DNA of 63,553 nt, the filler included, from Lenisia limosa (taxonomy: Eukaryota; Protista; Breviatea), in the NCBI GenBank assembly GCA_001655205.1. It is 13 parts of 13 records of this genome, joined end to end, with 100 filler letters (N's around TTAATTAATTAA, not from the genome) between each part and the next. Parts side by side here need not be neighbours in the genome. Positions count along the whole stretch, not along the records: positions 11,390 to 21,918 come from LPNZ01010757.1; positions 22,019 to 24,320 come from LPNZ01002955.1; positions 24,421 to 28,098 come from LPNZ01005351.1; 10 more parts are not named here. One strand, written 5' to 3'. Of this stretch, positions 12,560 to 24,567 are shown piece by piece; within the stretch, counting starts at the first letter, position 1, and every line of letters starts with the position of its first letter. The notes beneath the pieces were generated by a model. It ran no database searches. It saw only the letters and a program-made list of their open reading frames with translations, and was not told the origin of the DNA. A program made the translations under genes and the position numbers.

Positions 12560-15500
12560 ATAATGAGCTGGAGGTATTTCTGTTAAAAAGATTTTTGCAA
12601 AAACTTTTTGCGAACAGAGACAAGATTGTTGGTAATTACCGAATGAATAATAAAGAAACGTGGGGATGGGTAAACATGTAGCAGACCATAATTTGGGAAA
12701 ATCAAAGAGAAGGTTCAGAAATAAAAATAAATTGAAAGCAGAAAAACTATAATTGTTCCGCAGCGGAGATAAAACTACAACAATACGAGAGTTTCTGGCC
12801 GAAGTCGCGAAATCTTCACGCTTATCAGAGATATTGGATGAGAGTATAACATGGATCTTCACTTTTGGTTTCAAATAAAACTGAATCCCTAAAAAAAACC
12901 TCATTATATATAAATATATGCTATGCTCCTTTAAAACCAAAAGTGAAGTTCTAGTATAGCAATACAGCCTTATCATCCTCATCATACACTGCAGTGTTCG
13001 TTTCTTTGAGCTGCTCGTCAACCTTGTCCATTTTCTAAATCAAAGGATAAGTGGTAGTTATAAATTGCCAAATTGATAATAGTTATATAAGAGAAATATT
13101 AAGTAATTGAGCATGACACACCGAAAGGCACCTAAAAACAGGGTAGCCCGATTCATTGAAGTAATCTTCGTATCAGAGCCGAAAAGTGAACGCAATAAGT
13201 CAACATGATCTCTGTGTATCCAAGATTACGTTTAACCACAAAAAAGAGGCCTATTTAATAGTTTTAACGGAACTATGACGTTATAGTTTGGTAGACAGTG
13301 TTGTAGATTATATCATGAACGTGGGTAAAACGCACCTCCTTGAATTCATCGGCCTTTTTGGTCTGATTGTACTGTGTCTTCAGGTCATCATCAATGGTAG
13401 CAGTGGGGTTAGCGTACTCCTATGCTGTCAAATGTAGATTGTTTTAAGAAAGAAACCCTTTCAAATACAATTGGCATCAATATATAACATACAAAGCTAT
13501 CTTTTGAAAATAGTGGGATTTTTGAACAATTTAATATCTCAGACATTCATATATCAACTATAAGTCCAACTGTTTATGGATATGAATTAACTTATTAATA
13601 AAGGAACTGTGATGAGCAAAATACTTATCCAGTCATATATCCATACACTGTATGTGTAACTGCCCAATTACGAAGTCGAATACCCAGCGCTCCTTTTCAG
13701 GTACAGTAGACTTAAATTCGGGGTTTCTATTGAGTGAAATTGGTGTAAAAGTTGAAGGTATCTACAGAAATACAAACTTCAACATTAACATATATTGGGA
13801 TGATTATGCCCCAATACCAAAGAAAATTGCATTGAAANNNNNNNNNNNNNNNNNNNNNNNNNNNNNNNNNNNNNNNNNNNNNNNNNNNNNNNNNNNNNNN
13901 NNNNNNNNNNNNNNNNNNNNNNNNNNNNNNNNNNNNNNNNNNNNNNNNNNNNNNNNNNNNNNNNNNNNNNNNNNNNNNNNNNNNNNNNNNTGTGGGTAAT
14001 ACCATGCATAACCTTTTTGGTATTAGTGTGTCAAACAGACATTATTTCAGAAGAAAAGATTGGCGTCAAGGTATATAGATAAGAACTGGAAACAATGGGT
14101 AGAGTACGTACTTCGAGGCTTGTGATGGAATGAAGTCCCTCCTCCTTCTTAACTGAAGACATCCATCTGAATAGTGTAAGTGTTCCGATCACTCACATTG
14201 CATCAAACCTATTACAATTCAAGTGTCGATTTGGGGTTATTATTGAAAAGTTGGGATTCTTATTATTTCCATCGGACTCATATATAATAGGAAATCTGAA
14301 GAAATTGATAGGATTCCGAAACACTACTAGTGCAGTGTAGCGTGATGTAATGAATAGTGGGGAATATCAGCTCAGGAAATGAAAGAAAAATAAATAAGTC
14401 CCCCAGTCTGAGTGCGATCGCAAGTATGAGTGCGATCACCAGTATGAGTGCGATCACAGAGGTGCCTACTTGTGATGCAAAATTCCATTTCGACCAAAAA
14501 TCAATAAAAATTCCTAAAAAACGAGAATTATGTACAATATATAATTTCTGAAGAAGCAAGCAATGAAAAATTTCAGAGACTAATTTTGAACTGAACTACG
14601 TGGTTACCCAGTTGCCTTATAGCCTTTTTTATTTTTTGAAAACCCCCTTTTAAAGTGAAAAAAGANNNNNNNNNNNNNNNNNNNNNNNNNNNNNNNNNNN
14701 NNNNNNNNNNNNNNNNNNNNNNNNNNNNNNNNNNNNNNNNNNNNNNNNNNNNNNNNNNNNNNNNNNNNNNNNNNNNNNNNNNNNNNNNNNNNNNNNNNNN
14801 NNNNNNNNNNNNNNNNNNNNNNNNNNNNNNNNNNNNNNNNNNNNNNNNNNNNNNNNNNNNNGTATCCTGGTAATGTGGGTTCCAACCCCGGTATGTGGAC
14901 TTTTTTTTAATTCCCCTCTTTGTTGTTTTGTCTTTTTTTTTCTTTTTTTCTTTCTTTATACTCTTAGTAAATAAGCTTCATTTTCATCCGGAGTGTGTTC
15001 CGACCGCCGCAAGGCGCGCAATTGATGCAATGATTGTATCGACTTACACAGTAAACTTCCATTCAGCAGGTCCTGTAGAACAGGTATGGATGGTTTAGTA
15101 CCCCTTAGTGTGATTAATATTTTAGGTGCATGCACTGAAAAAAGTTTGGTTTTATGATGAGAAAATTGGCAGACGTAAAAATATGACCAACCATTATATT
15201 GCGTCGTACTGAGGAATATCAACCTCTACAGTTTCAAAATACTTAAATGCAGAAGGCACTGAATCAATTAAGCAATCTGGTGGTCAACGGTTGATTACGA
15301 CTGCAACAGAAGACCTTCTTTTGATTGAATGCTACGTCAAGATTATCGAGGACCAACATATCACCAAAGACGATGTTATACAAATTGTTGGAGGGTTTAT
15401 TGAAATTACCTTGACTATTACCATGTTATTGCCATATTTCTCACTGGAAAGACAAAACGACTTGCTCTTGAAGTTGAACAAATAGTTGTTTCGCCTGGCC

Positions 15501-18500
15501 CTGACTTCGTCAATGGGTTTATTAAACGTCACCCTTCCTTAAAACTTGTCGTATGTGGGTAAAGATGTTTCCTTCATAATTTATCCGCAGTAATACATCA
15601 ATACAATATCTACTTAATAGTTGTGCTTGTGTGCTACATAACTGTTATGGAATTCGATAATTGAAAAGAGTATATGTTCATCAGAATTGACATCATTTCA
15701 TACCTGATGGTTGTGACAAGTGTCATGTGTTTCACTAAATCACCCTTGGTCTGGACAGCTTCCTTGGCCTCCTTCAGTGTGATAACTTTTGTCTTAGAAT
15801 CCAATGTCGAGCATTGTTTCATCCATGTTAAAAATTAGCCGTGGATGAATCTAAGATATCAGTCAAACTTAATGCTTAGTGATTCTTACTTGATACTTCT
15901 CAATAGCATTGATCAAGTTACCAATGTATGTTTGTATTTTGTTAACATTGAAAGAATCAACATGTGCCTTGGTGACAGGTCTTGGCCACTACAAGANNNN
16001 NNNNNNNNNNNNNNNNNNNNNNNNNNNNNNNNNNNNNNNNNNNNNNNNNNNNNNNNNNNNNNNNNNNNNNNNNNNNNNNNNNNNNNNNNNNNNNNNNNNN
16101 NNNNNNNNNNNNNNNNNNNNNNNNNNNNNNNNNNNNNNNNNNNNNNNNNNNNNNNNNNNNNNNNNNNNNNNNNNNNNNNNNNNNNNNNNNNNNNNNNNNN
16201 NNNNNNNNNNNNNNNNNNNNNNNNNNNNNNNNNNNNNNNNNNNNNNNCCCATGTAGTTGCCTACCGAAAAGAGAACGGTCTTCCTGACGATGCCCCTGCC
16301 TTGCTTCTCACTGACGGGCACAACTCGCGCTTGACTCCAGCAGCCCTCGATCTTCTTGCGGAACACAATATCATCCTCTTCCTTCTCCCTTCTCACACAT
16401 CCCATGGAACTCAGCCCCTCGATTTGGTGACATTTGTCTTCTACCTTGGCACAACAGCCCGTTGGTTTCTGAATCAATTTCGGCAAGACCACCGTGTCGG
16501 GGCTGCGGGGGGCTTTTGCGAACGCCGTCTTGAAGTTGCAGCTGAAATTGCAAAGGCACGTAGAGAAGAGAAAGCCAGGATGGAGAAGGAAAAGAATGAT
16601 GAAGGAGCACGTGGACGCGGACGCGGACGTGGTCGTGGACGTGGACGTGTCTAATTTGGTGTTGTTTGTACTCTGAGTATGACTTGATATTATTTGAGAG
16701 ATTTAAAAGGACAAAATGGTGGTTTAAATTCACATGTACTGTTTGCTTGTTTTGCATATTATCAAAATTCAACTCTTCTGTGATCGCACTCATACTGGTG
16801 ATCGCACTCATACTTGCGATCGCACTCAGACTGGGGGACTTATGAAGTAGTTAGTATCTTTTACCACCCCCCCCCCCCAAACTCAAATCTTTCAGGACTT
16901 TCGAAGTCACTGGGAGGGTTGATCTTCTCTTGAACCCACCCGAGCCTGTAAAGATAAAATAAAACAATCCAAAAAATGGGGGGGGGGGCAGCTTCCAATG
17001 AACACAGAAAAAAAAAAGTTTTCTTACATCAGAAAAAAAATAAATGAATTAAAACAACGTACATTCCTATATCAGATATTCCCCTTGGCCATATAAAGAG
17101 AGAATACAACTGAATAAATTCTCAACACCAACCTCTCGCCTCTTAAAGCGATAATCCAAGGCTTCTCATCAGCGTTGACACGGCAATGGTCAATCTAATA
17201 AGTCAGCAATATAGATATAGACAATACATGTTCTATCTATTAGATTATATTAGTTCAACTAATCATTTGACTACACTAAGTGCAACAGCTTTTCAGATCG
17301 ACATATGACGATATGGTGCGATATTATATCATATGCATAATTAAAACAAGTATTATGGGAAGAAAGTGAAAATTTTATAAGAAGACTTTCACCAACCATC
17401 CCAGCATTTTACTTTAATCCCCCCAATCACCTCGTTTAAGCAGGTTTTTTGAATGGTATCAGGACGACTATCGCTGTCAGAGACGCCCCATCTGATAAGT
17501 GAGAAATCAAATAATTAGATATATTTTTTTGAACAAGAGAAATAATATACAATTATATAAATATAATTTGAATAATTGGATTCTACTACATCACATTAGA
17601 AAGATATATTATCAAATAATTACACAAAACTATATTACATAATGTTCGACCCCCTCCATACCTTAAATCCACCATCACAGCCTGGATATGACGATCTCTC
17701 AGTCGGCTATTGACTTCGGGGAACACCTGCGGGGTCAAAAAAGAAGAAAAAGGAGGGGGGAGGGGGAAATCAAAATTATGAAACAAAAGAAATAGCCAAA
17801 TGCAACTCAGGGGTGCGGGAATCTCATAAATTCACGGAAAATATCGATATTTGACTGGTAGGGAAGCCCTAAGCATAACCCATTTCCCACTCTTTTGATT
17901 AGGATGTCTCTTTCCTCATGAGTATCCACAAATGTTGAGGAGCAGAAAATCCGAATTGTGGTTACCTCCCCGGGGAGGCGAATGTCTGAGGGTAGGGGGG
18001 AGGGGGGGGAGTGAAATTGGAAAAGTTATGAAACAAAAATAAAGCCAAAAATCAACTATGTGGGCATATACCACACGAGGGTTGATAACAACAAGTCGCT
18101 TCCGCAACATCGCTTTGGGGGTACAATTGAAAAGAAGAAAAGAAACAGAAAAAACCAAAATCCAACTCTAAGAGCAAACACCACACAAGGGTTGAAACAC
18201 ATTACAAAAAACTCAAAATAAAAATACAAACATTAACCTTTCAATATCCCCCCCCCCCCANNNNNNNNNNNNNNNNNNNNNNNNNNNNNNNNNNNNNNNN
18301 NNNNNNNNNNNNNNNNNNNNNNNNNNNNNNNNNNNNNNNNNNNNNNNNNNNNNNNNNNNNNNNNNNNNNNNNNNNNNNNNNNNNNNNNNNNNNNNNNNNN
18401 NNNNNNNNNNNNNNNNNNNNNNNNNNNNNNNNNNNNNNNNNNNNNNNNNNNNNNNNNCTGTTTTTTTTTAAAAAAAATAGGATAGGTTTTGGATAATAGT

Positions 18501-19687
18501 ATTAAGACTATAGAGCATAGTAAATATAACAGTTCAGATGATATTCTTGTGAAATTGTTTTTTTTTTAAAAAAATAGGATAGGTTTTGGATAATAGTATT
18601 AAGACTATAGAGCATAGTAAATATAACAGTTCAGATGATATTCTTGTGAAATTGTTTTTTTTTTTGAAAAATAGGATAGGTTTTGGATAATAGTATTAAT
18701 ATTAGAAGTAGGTGCAATTAGTTTTCTGAATTAATTTTTTTAAAATTTAAATTATTTGTTTTTTGGAGAAATTAATTCAAAATTTATTTATATTTATATA
18801 ACTAATACGAAATTAATTCATAATTACTTCGAAAATAATTTAAAATTAATTCGTAATTAATTAATTCATTTCAACAATATTGTTGTTATTCGTTAATTTT
18901 CATCATTTGTCCCACCTCTTTCATTTGAAAAATCTAGTTAAAAAAAGGAAAAAATACATATTTTTATTTGAGCTCGGAAACCACAATGTTTTGGAAGTTT
19001 CTGTAATATATTCTACGCCATTTGTTCTGGAGCATTCCAAAAGATCTTTTCCCCTGATAGTTTTTTAGAAAATTAATTTATAACTAATTTAAAATTAATT
19101 CGCATTAATTTCGAGAAATTATTGGTCCAAAATAATTTTTTAACAATTAATTGCGAAATAATTTCACATTAATTTCAGAAAAAAATAACCGCACCGACTT
19201 CTAATTAATATATAACTCATCCTTACAACTCAACACATTTAAACGGAAAAGCCAACGCTAGGGGGGGGGGGGTNNNNNNNNNNNNNNNNNNNNNNNNNNN
19301 NNNNNNNNNNNNNNNNNNNNNNCTTATTCTGTTGAGCTGGCTGATTTCGGTCATTGTGCGTGATTTGCGGCTGTTGCTCCTGACGTTGTGGCTCCACCAC
19401 CTCTGCCGGACCTGCTAAGATGATTTTTGGACTTCTTCCAGTTGATTGTGAAATAAATTTAAAATTTAAGGAATTTGCTTCAAGATCAAGTGGTAAATTA
19501 GGCAATTGAGTAAAGGAAGAAACCCTCAGCGTTTCATCTTTTAATATAACAAATGATTTAATTTTGATAAAGGGTAATAAAAGCAGGATCGACCGATATG
19601 TCGGATATGGCGGCAGAATAAAAGGGAGATCTCAATTACCCGCCAACTTCCTTTCCTCTTGCTGGATTTGGACCCTTTACAACCCAT
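12560..19687 (-). CDS. DUF4062-domain protein (NWD1/TEP1-like N-terminus) with MGC N-acylation start; 3' part uncertain
   Basis: Spliced: MGCKGSKSSKRKG|TGPAEVVEPQ...; TIRIFCSSTFVDTHEERDILIKR|VFPEVNSRLRDRHIQAVMVDLR|WGVSDSDSRPDTIQKTCLNE|IDHCRVNADEKPWIIALRGER|LGWVQ...FE|WMSSVKKEEGLHSITSLE. This matches the DUF4062 pattern FxSSTFxD...ERD.L...VFP...VDLRWG...CL.EID.C...GER.G. Confidence 0.75.
14397..16840 (+). mobile_element. pogo/Fot1-like (Tc1/mariner superfamily) DNA transposon, 2444 bp, inside an intron of the DUF4062 gene
   Basis: Perfect 64-bp TIRs (14397-14460 / 16777-16840) starting AGTCCCCCAG, TA on both flanks, DDE_1-type transposase remnants inside. Confidence 0.92.
15250..16654 (+). 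pseudogene. Disrupted DDE_1 (pogo-type) transposase
   Basis: Plus strand: HTH region (...PDFVNGFIKRHPSLKLV) and LLLTDGHNSRL...LPSHTSHGTQPLD. Minus strand 15693-15990: ...IEKYQ|IHPRLIFNMDETML followed by an in-frame TAA (15794-96) and a +1 shift. Confidence 0.85.
18702..19204. mobile_element. AT-rich ~500-bp element with imperfect ~35-bp TIRs (MITE-like)
   Basis: Left TTAGAAGTAGGTGCAATTAGTTTTCTGAATTAAT versus right ATTAATTTCAGAAAAAAATAACCGCACCGACTTCTAA; interior rich in AATTAATT. Confidence 0.55.
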
Positions 19688-21347
19688 TTTTAACAAAGCA
19701 GGGGCGTGTTGAAAGAGAAGAGAGAAAAATGACCAAGTCGGTTATTAGTGATTAGTTTTGATTATTATATTAAGATGTTTCAATTTTCCAAACAACGCAA
19801 AAGTCACATCATCCTCACGCAATTCATTCAACTAATCAGGTAGCTATTGTTGTGACGAAGGACTTTTGCAGAAGGAAACCGAAGGATTTCAGGGCAGATC
19901 GCCCTTCACAACACACCTAGCTGAGCCGCTGTCGCTTCAAAAATGAACCAGAACATGGAAACGTTTGATGGAGGGCAAAATACTGGTGTTTTCAGTTTCC
20001 TGGTTTGATCTGGCAGTTATCTTTGATTATTTGGTTAAAAGTATAATGAGCCAGTCATCTGGTTATGCTATAGCCCTTTGACAAACGTCTAAATGACCTA
20101 TTTGTACACCGATGAAATTTTTAATTGATGTAGTTAGTCTGGTTGGTATATATACCCCGCGAGGAAACCTTTCTTCTTGATATAATATTATTGCTACATT
20201 TGGAGATGCGTTACAGCGTTGAATTTGGCTGAATCACTGAGTTGTCTGTTATAAGCAAGGGGGTTAATTGAGTTATTTTCTCTTTGTCTCAGTGGGTTGC
20301 AATGTCTTGTCAGTATTATTTTTTTCATATAGTAGTATGTAGCTATATTATATGATAATATACAAGTCTAAACTATGGCGCATTGACTTACGATTCTTCC
20401 GAAAAGGTTGATTCTCATTATTTACGGAAATGGGAATCCCATGTAATTATGGAAATCTGAAGAAATTAATGGGGTAATACTATGCATAGTGTTGAATGTT
20501 GAATCGGAAAGCCTCTACCCACTCCCTCCAACTGTTGAGCCAGCATAGTTATCGTTGTTTCAGTACTTAATGTTTCGTGATTTTCTTGCTGTTGGTGATG
20601 TTGTTTCTGTTGTTGTTCTTGATCTTGATGTTGATAGAGAAAGTTTTCGTTTGTTTACAATTGCCCAGATACACTAGCTAACTTCTTTTCTGATGATGCT
20701 GTTTTTTTGATGTCACCAGTCCAATGACATCGCCGGCCACAGAAGGGCCTGAGGAGACTATGGCGGAACCCCTGAGTGTGCCCCATGGAGATGTAGGGGT
20801 GGGGGGTAAACAGAACCACTCTAAGTAAACTTAAGAAACATGGGTGTATAGAAGGTTGCTGAACTAAATATATTCCAAATTCCTAGGATTCCGTTTATAA
20901 CTTATACACTAGTAGTATATAATAGAGTGATATAGGGGTGGGGTGTAAAGTATTGATTTGGAATCAATAGACAAAAGAGAGAAACAAAACCCTGAAATAA
21001 CATATGATATAATATCATACAGTTGCTAACCAGTGAGAGGGGTGGAGAAGGATGTACGTGATGATGCAAATGATTGGGTGAATTATTATACTATAATCCA
21101 ATATCACTTTAAAAGCGTGATGGTGTGGACGGCTTTGGCCAGATACAACCTTGTTTTATGAAGATTTATTTTATTAGATGCTAAGCTCCCGCCTACTTGC
21201 TCTGGAGGATCGAATTGTCACAATTGAAAGTGGGGGAGACTACACAATGCTAGCTTTCATTTATTTGTGCTTCTCTTTCCATTTAATCAACACAATGGTG
21301 TCCTGGAAGGGTCTTTTTTCAAATGGTGGTGACGGAACTATTTAAGC

Positions 21348-21448
21348 AAGGGCTTCACTTCGGTTCGAAAAAGACTGATAAAATATCGATATTTATCGTC
21401 GATATATCGAGAAATTGAGTCCTTTTTTTGAACCGAAATGAAGTCCTA
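21348..21448. mobile_element. 100-bp MITE family B
   Basis: AGGGCTTCACTTCGGTTCGAAAAAGAC...TTTTTTTGAACCGAAATGAAGTCCTA. Confidence 0.8.
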
Positions 21449-22018
21449 GATAGATGCTACGACTAATTTTCTTTAAAGGGTGAATTAATATTTTACTTTT
21501 ATCCAATATCTCTTATAAGCGTGATGGTGTGCACCTTATTTTTTATTTCTCATCCTATTCTCAACACTTTCTTTATTTCTTTCGTAAACATTTTAGTGGT
21601 CAACGTTCCGAGTCACAACAGGCGACTAAGAACTCTTGGTAGGAGGTGTTCAGGGGGATCCGATAGGGTATGGTGTAAGTTTTAAGGGAGGGAGAGTTTT
21701 TGGATGTGGCGGTTGATTTCTCAGAGCAAATTGCAAAGTTCATTTCAAAATCAAATACACTCAGTCCAAAAATTTCAATCATTAGTTAGTTCCAACACTC
21801 TCGACCTTTATAACTTCCCTCTAAGCCAAGCTTACAGCCCCACACCCCTCCCATATACACACATCTATAAACCCTCCCGCACCCCGCACCCCCAACATCT
21901 TACATAACCCCGAGTGATNNNNNNNNNNNNNNNNNNNNNNNNNNNNNNNNNNNNNNNNNNNNTTAATTAATTAANNNNNNNNNNNNNNNNNNNNNNNNNN
22001 NNNNNNNNNNNNNNNNNN

Positions 22019-24319
22019 ACAATGATCTCACACAGTACCCGGTATTTCCGTGGGTAGTTTCCGACTACGCAAGTCCGGAGCTGGATCTAAGCGATCCGAA
22101 ATCGTGAGCTTATGCTTTAGTACACGCATATTGTTCACCTTTTTTTTATTATTATTATTTTTTTGTCCAATTGCGAAACATATACAAATGTTCACCTTAT
22201 TTTAACTGTCTTATTAGCAAATCTTCATCTAGGTCCTCCCTCGGTCNNNNNNNNNNNNNNNNNNNNNNNNNNNNNNNNNNNNNNNNNNNNNNNNNNNNNN
22301 NNNNNNNNNNNNNNNNNNNNNNNNNNNNNNNNNNNNNNNNNNNNNNNNNNNCGTCGTGAAATGTTTGAAAGCCGCTACGAGGCCTGGGAGGACGACGACA
22401 TTCCAGCCTTCCACTACGGCACGCACTACAGCAGTGCGGGAATTGTCCTGCACTTCCTCGTTCGTCTCATGCCGTTCACCAAGCACTTTTTGTCGCTTCA
22501 AGCCGGGCGCTATGACCACCCTGACAGACTTTTCTTCTCAGTGGGTCGTTTGCTGGGTCGTTTGTTTTTTTTCCTCATAAACATCGAAATTGAATTTATT
22601 TATTTATATTTGCTTCAGAATTTCCATTTTTACTCTCTCCCAACCCCAACAGATTGATGAGTCGTGGCAGTCTGCATCAAAGGGCGGTATGGCCGATGTC
22701 AAAGAGCTCATTCCTGAGTTCTACTACCTGCCTGAGGTTTGGAGATCAAAAATGACCACTGCAACAAGAATTGACGAGCTTCTTGGGGGGGGGGGGTCTA
22801 GATTGAAGTATTTTGCTTCCCATCTCCTCGAATACAGGGACTGGGATAAGTCTTGACATATCTGGTGTGTGATTTCCAAGGAAAATAGGTCAAGACTTAT
22901 TGGTCACTGTACATGAATAACCTCTCATTGCGCTGCCGTTAAATCCACACACGGCACTCCAGTTTTCCCTAGGAACTTACTTTACATTCTGCAGTTCCTC
23001 TCCAACCACAACCGGCTTGCCTTGGGCAACAGGCAGTCTGGCGAGGCCGTTGACGACGTTGTCCTGCCTCCTTGGGCTTCCGGGGATGCTCTGGTGGGTA
23101 TTTGGTATTTACTTGGGGTTGTACGTGGGGTATTAATTGATAATGTGATATTAGTGATTGGGATAAGTCTTGACCAATTTTCTCAAGGAAATCACAAAGC
23201 AAATCGGTCAAAACTTATCCCGGTCACTGTATATTACATTACTGTGAAGAGGGGTATTATTTGGTTGTGTGATATTCTGGGGGAGTGGGTGATTTGATGA
23301 AGAGGGAGGAGTGCTGCAGAAGAGAGAGGCCTGATCTTTTTTTTTTTTTATGTTGTTTTTGTTTCTGTTTTTTTTGTTTTGTTTTGTTTTGTTGATGTTA
23401 TTTTTAACCCGTATTATGTGCTGTCTAGCAGAGTTGNNNNNNNNNNNNNNNNNNNNNNNNNNNNNNNNNNNNNNNNNNNNNNNNNNNNNNNNNNNNNNNN
23501 NNNNNNNNNNNNNNNNNNNNNNCCCCAGGAATTTGTCCGACGACTGAGGCAAGCACTTGAGAGCCCCATTGTATCGGAATCCCTGCATAACTGGATTGAT
23601 TTGATCTTCGGATGTTTGCTGGGAACAGATTCTCTGCAACAAGCCTAGCAATGCTTGAGTCGTTGTAAATAATCAGTCCTCTGCTTAACCTGTTCAGGCA
23701 ACCAGCGTAGTGCGAAACACACAAACGTCTTCTATCACCTGACATACGAGGGCGAATGCAACATCGACACAATTGACAATGAAATTGACCGCCAAGCCGC
23801 AATAGCGCAAATCAATAACTTCGGACAGGTACGAGGAAGTGTTTTTTTTTTATCATGATGATTTTTATTATTATTTTTTTTTATTATTTTTTTTATTATT
23901 ATTATTTTTTTTTTTTTTGTTCACTCTCTCCCTAATTCTGCTCTCATTCACCTCATGCCCGTGAGAGTTTTGTTTACGATTATTATTATTCTGCTCTCAT
24001 GATGAAATAATATCTAACATCGATCCCCATTTCTGCTTTGATTAACCCCATCAGACCCCGAAGCAACTGTTCAAGAACCCGCACCCCAAAAGAGTGCTCC
24101 CACAGGACCCCATGGCTTCAATTTTAACTCAGGTTCGGCCGGGTTTTCAAATGAAAGATGGGGGTTGTCGTCAATTTTACTCCCCTCTCCTCCTCCCCCC
24201 ACACACACACTCAGTTCGCTTTACTCTCCACCCCAGACAACAAAACTACTGCCGTCCCCGCACCCTGTGAAGGCGGTGTCAGGCGCAGTCGGCCACATCT
24301 TCATCAAGGGGGACACGGT
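22019..24319 (+). CDS. BEACH-domain protein (neurobeachin/LRBA/Lvs-like), internal fragment between spacers
   Basis: [16 protein letters not shown]; [21 protein letters not shown]...[10 protein letters not shown]; [14 protein letters not shown]; DDVVLPPWA; [18 protein letters not shown]; [10 protein letters not shown]; QINNFGQ|TPKQLF..PHP. Confidence 0.95.
22833..22911. mobile_element. ~80-bp CAGT-ended MITE (family C), BEACH intron
   Basis: TACAGGGACTGGGATAAGTCTTGAC...GGTCAAGACTTATTGGTCACTGTA. Confidence 0.75.
23152..23231. mobile_element. ~80-bp MITE family C, BEACH intron
   Basis: TAGTGATTGGGATAAGTCTTGACC...GGTCAAAACTTATCCCGGTCACTGTA. Confidence 0.75.
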
Positions 24320-24567
24320 ANNNNNNNNNNNNNNNNNNNNNNNNNNNNNNNNNNNNNNNNNNNNTTAATTAATTAANNNNNNNNNNNNNNNNNNNNNNNN
24401 NNNNNNNNNNNNNNNNNNNNGGGGTCAAGGCTAAAAACTTAATATATTTGACGGCCATATACTAGATACAGTATTTGTTGTTTTATGGTATTGTTAATAG
24501 GACTATTCAGTTCAGTTCAGATCAGTTTAGTTTATTTCTGATTTTTCTGACGATTTAAGTTCCGTGC

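Noticed and set aside
18458-18700. ~115-bp unit repeated ~2.4 times
   Set aside because: Abuts an N gap and differs only in homopolymer length; cannot be distinguished from an assembly artefact.
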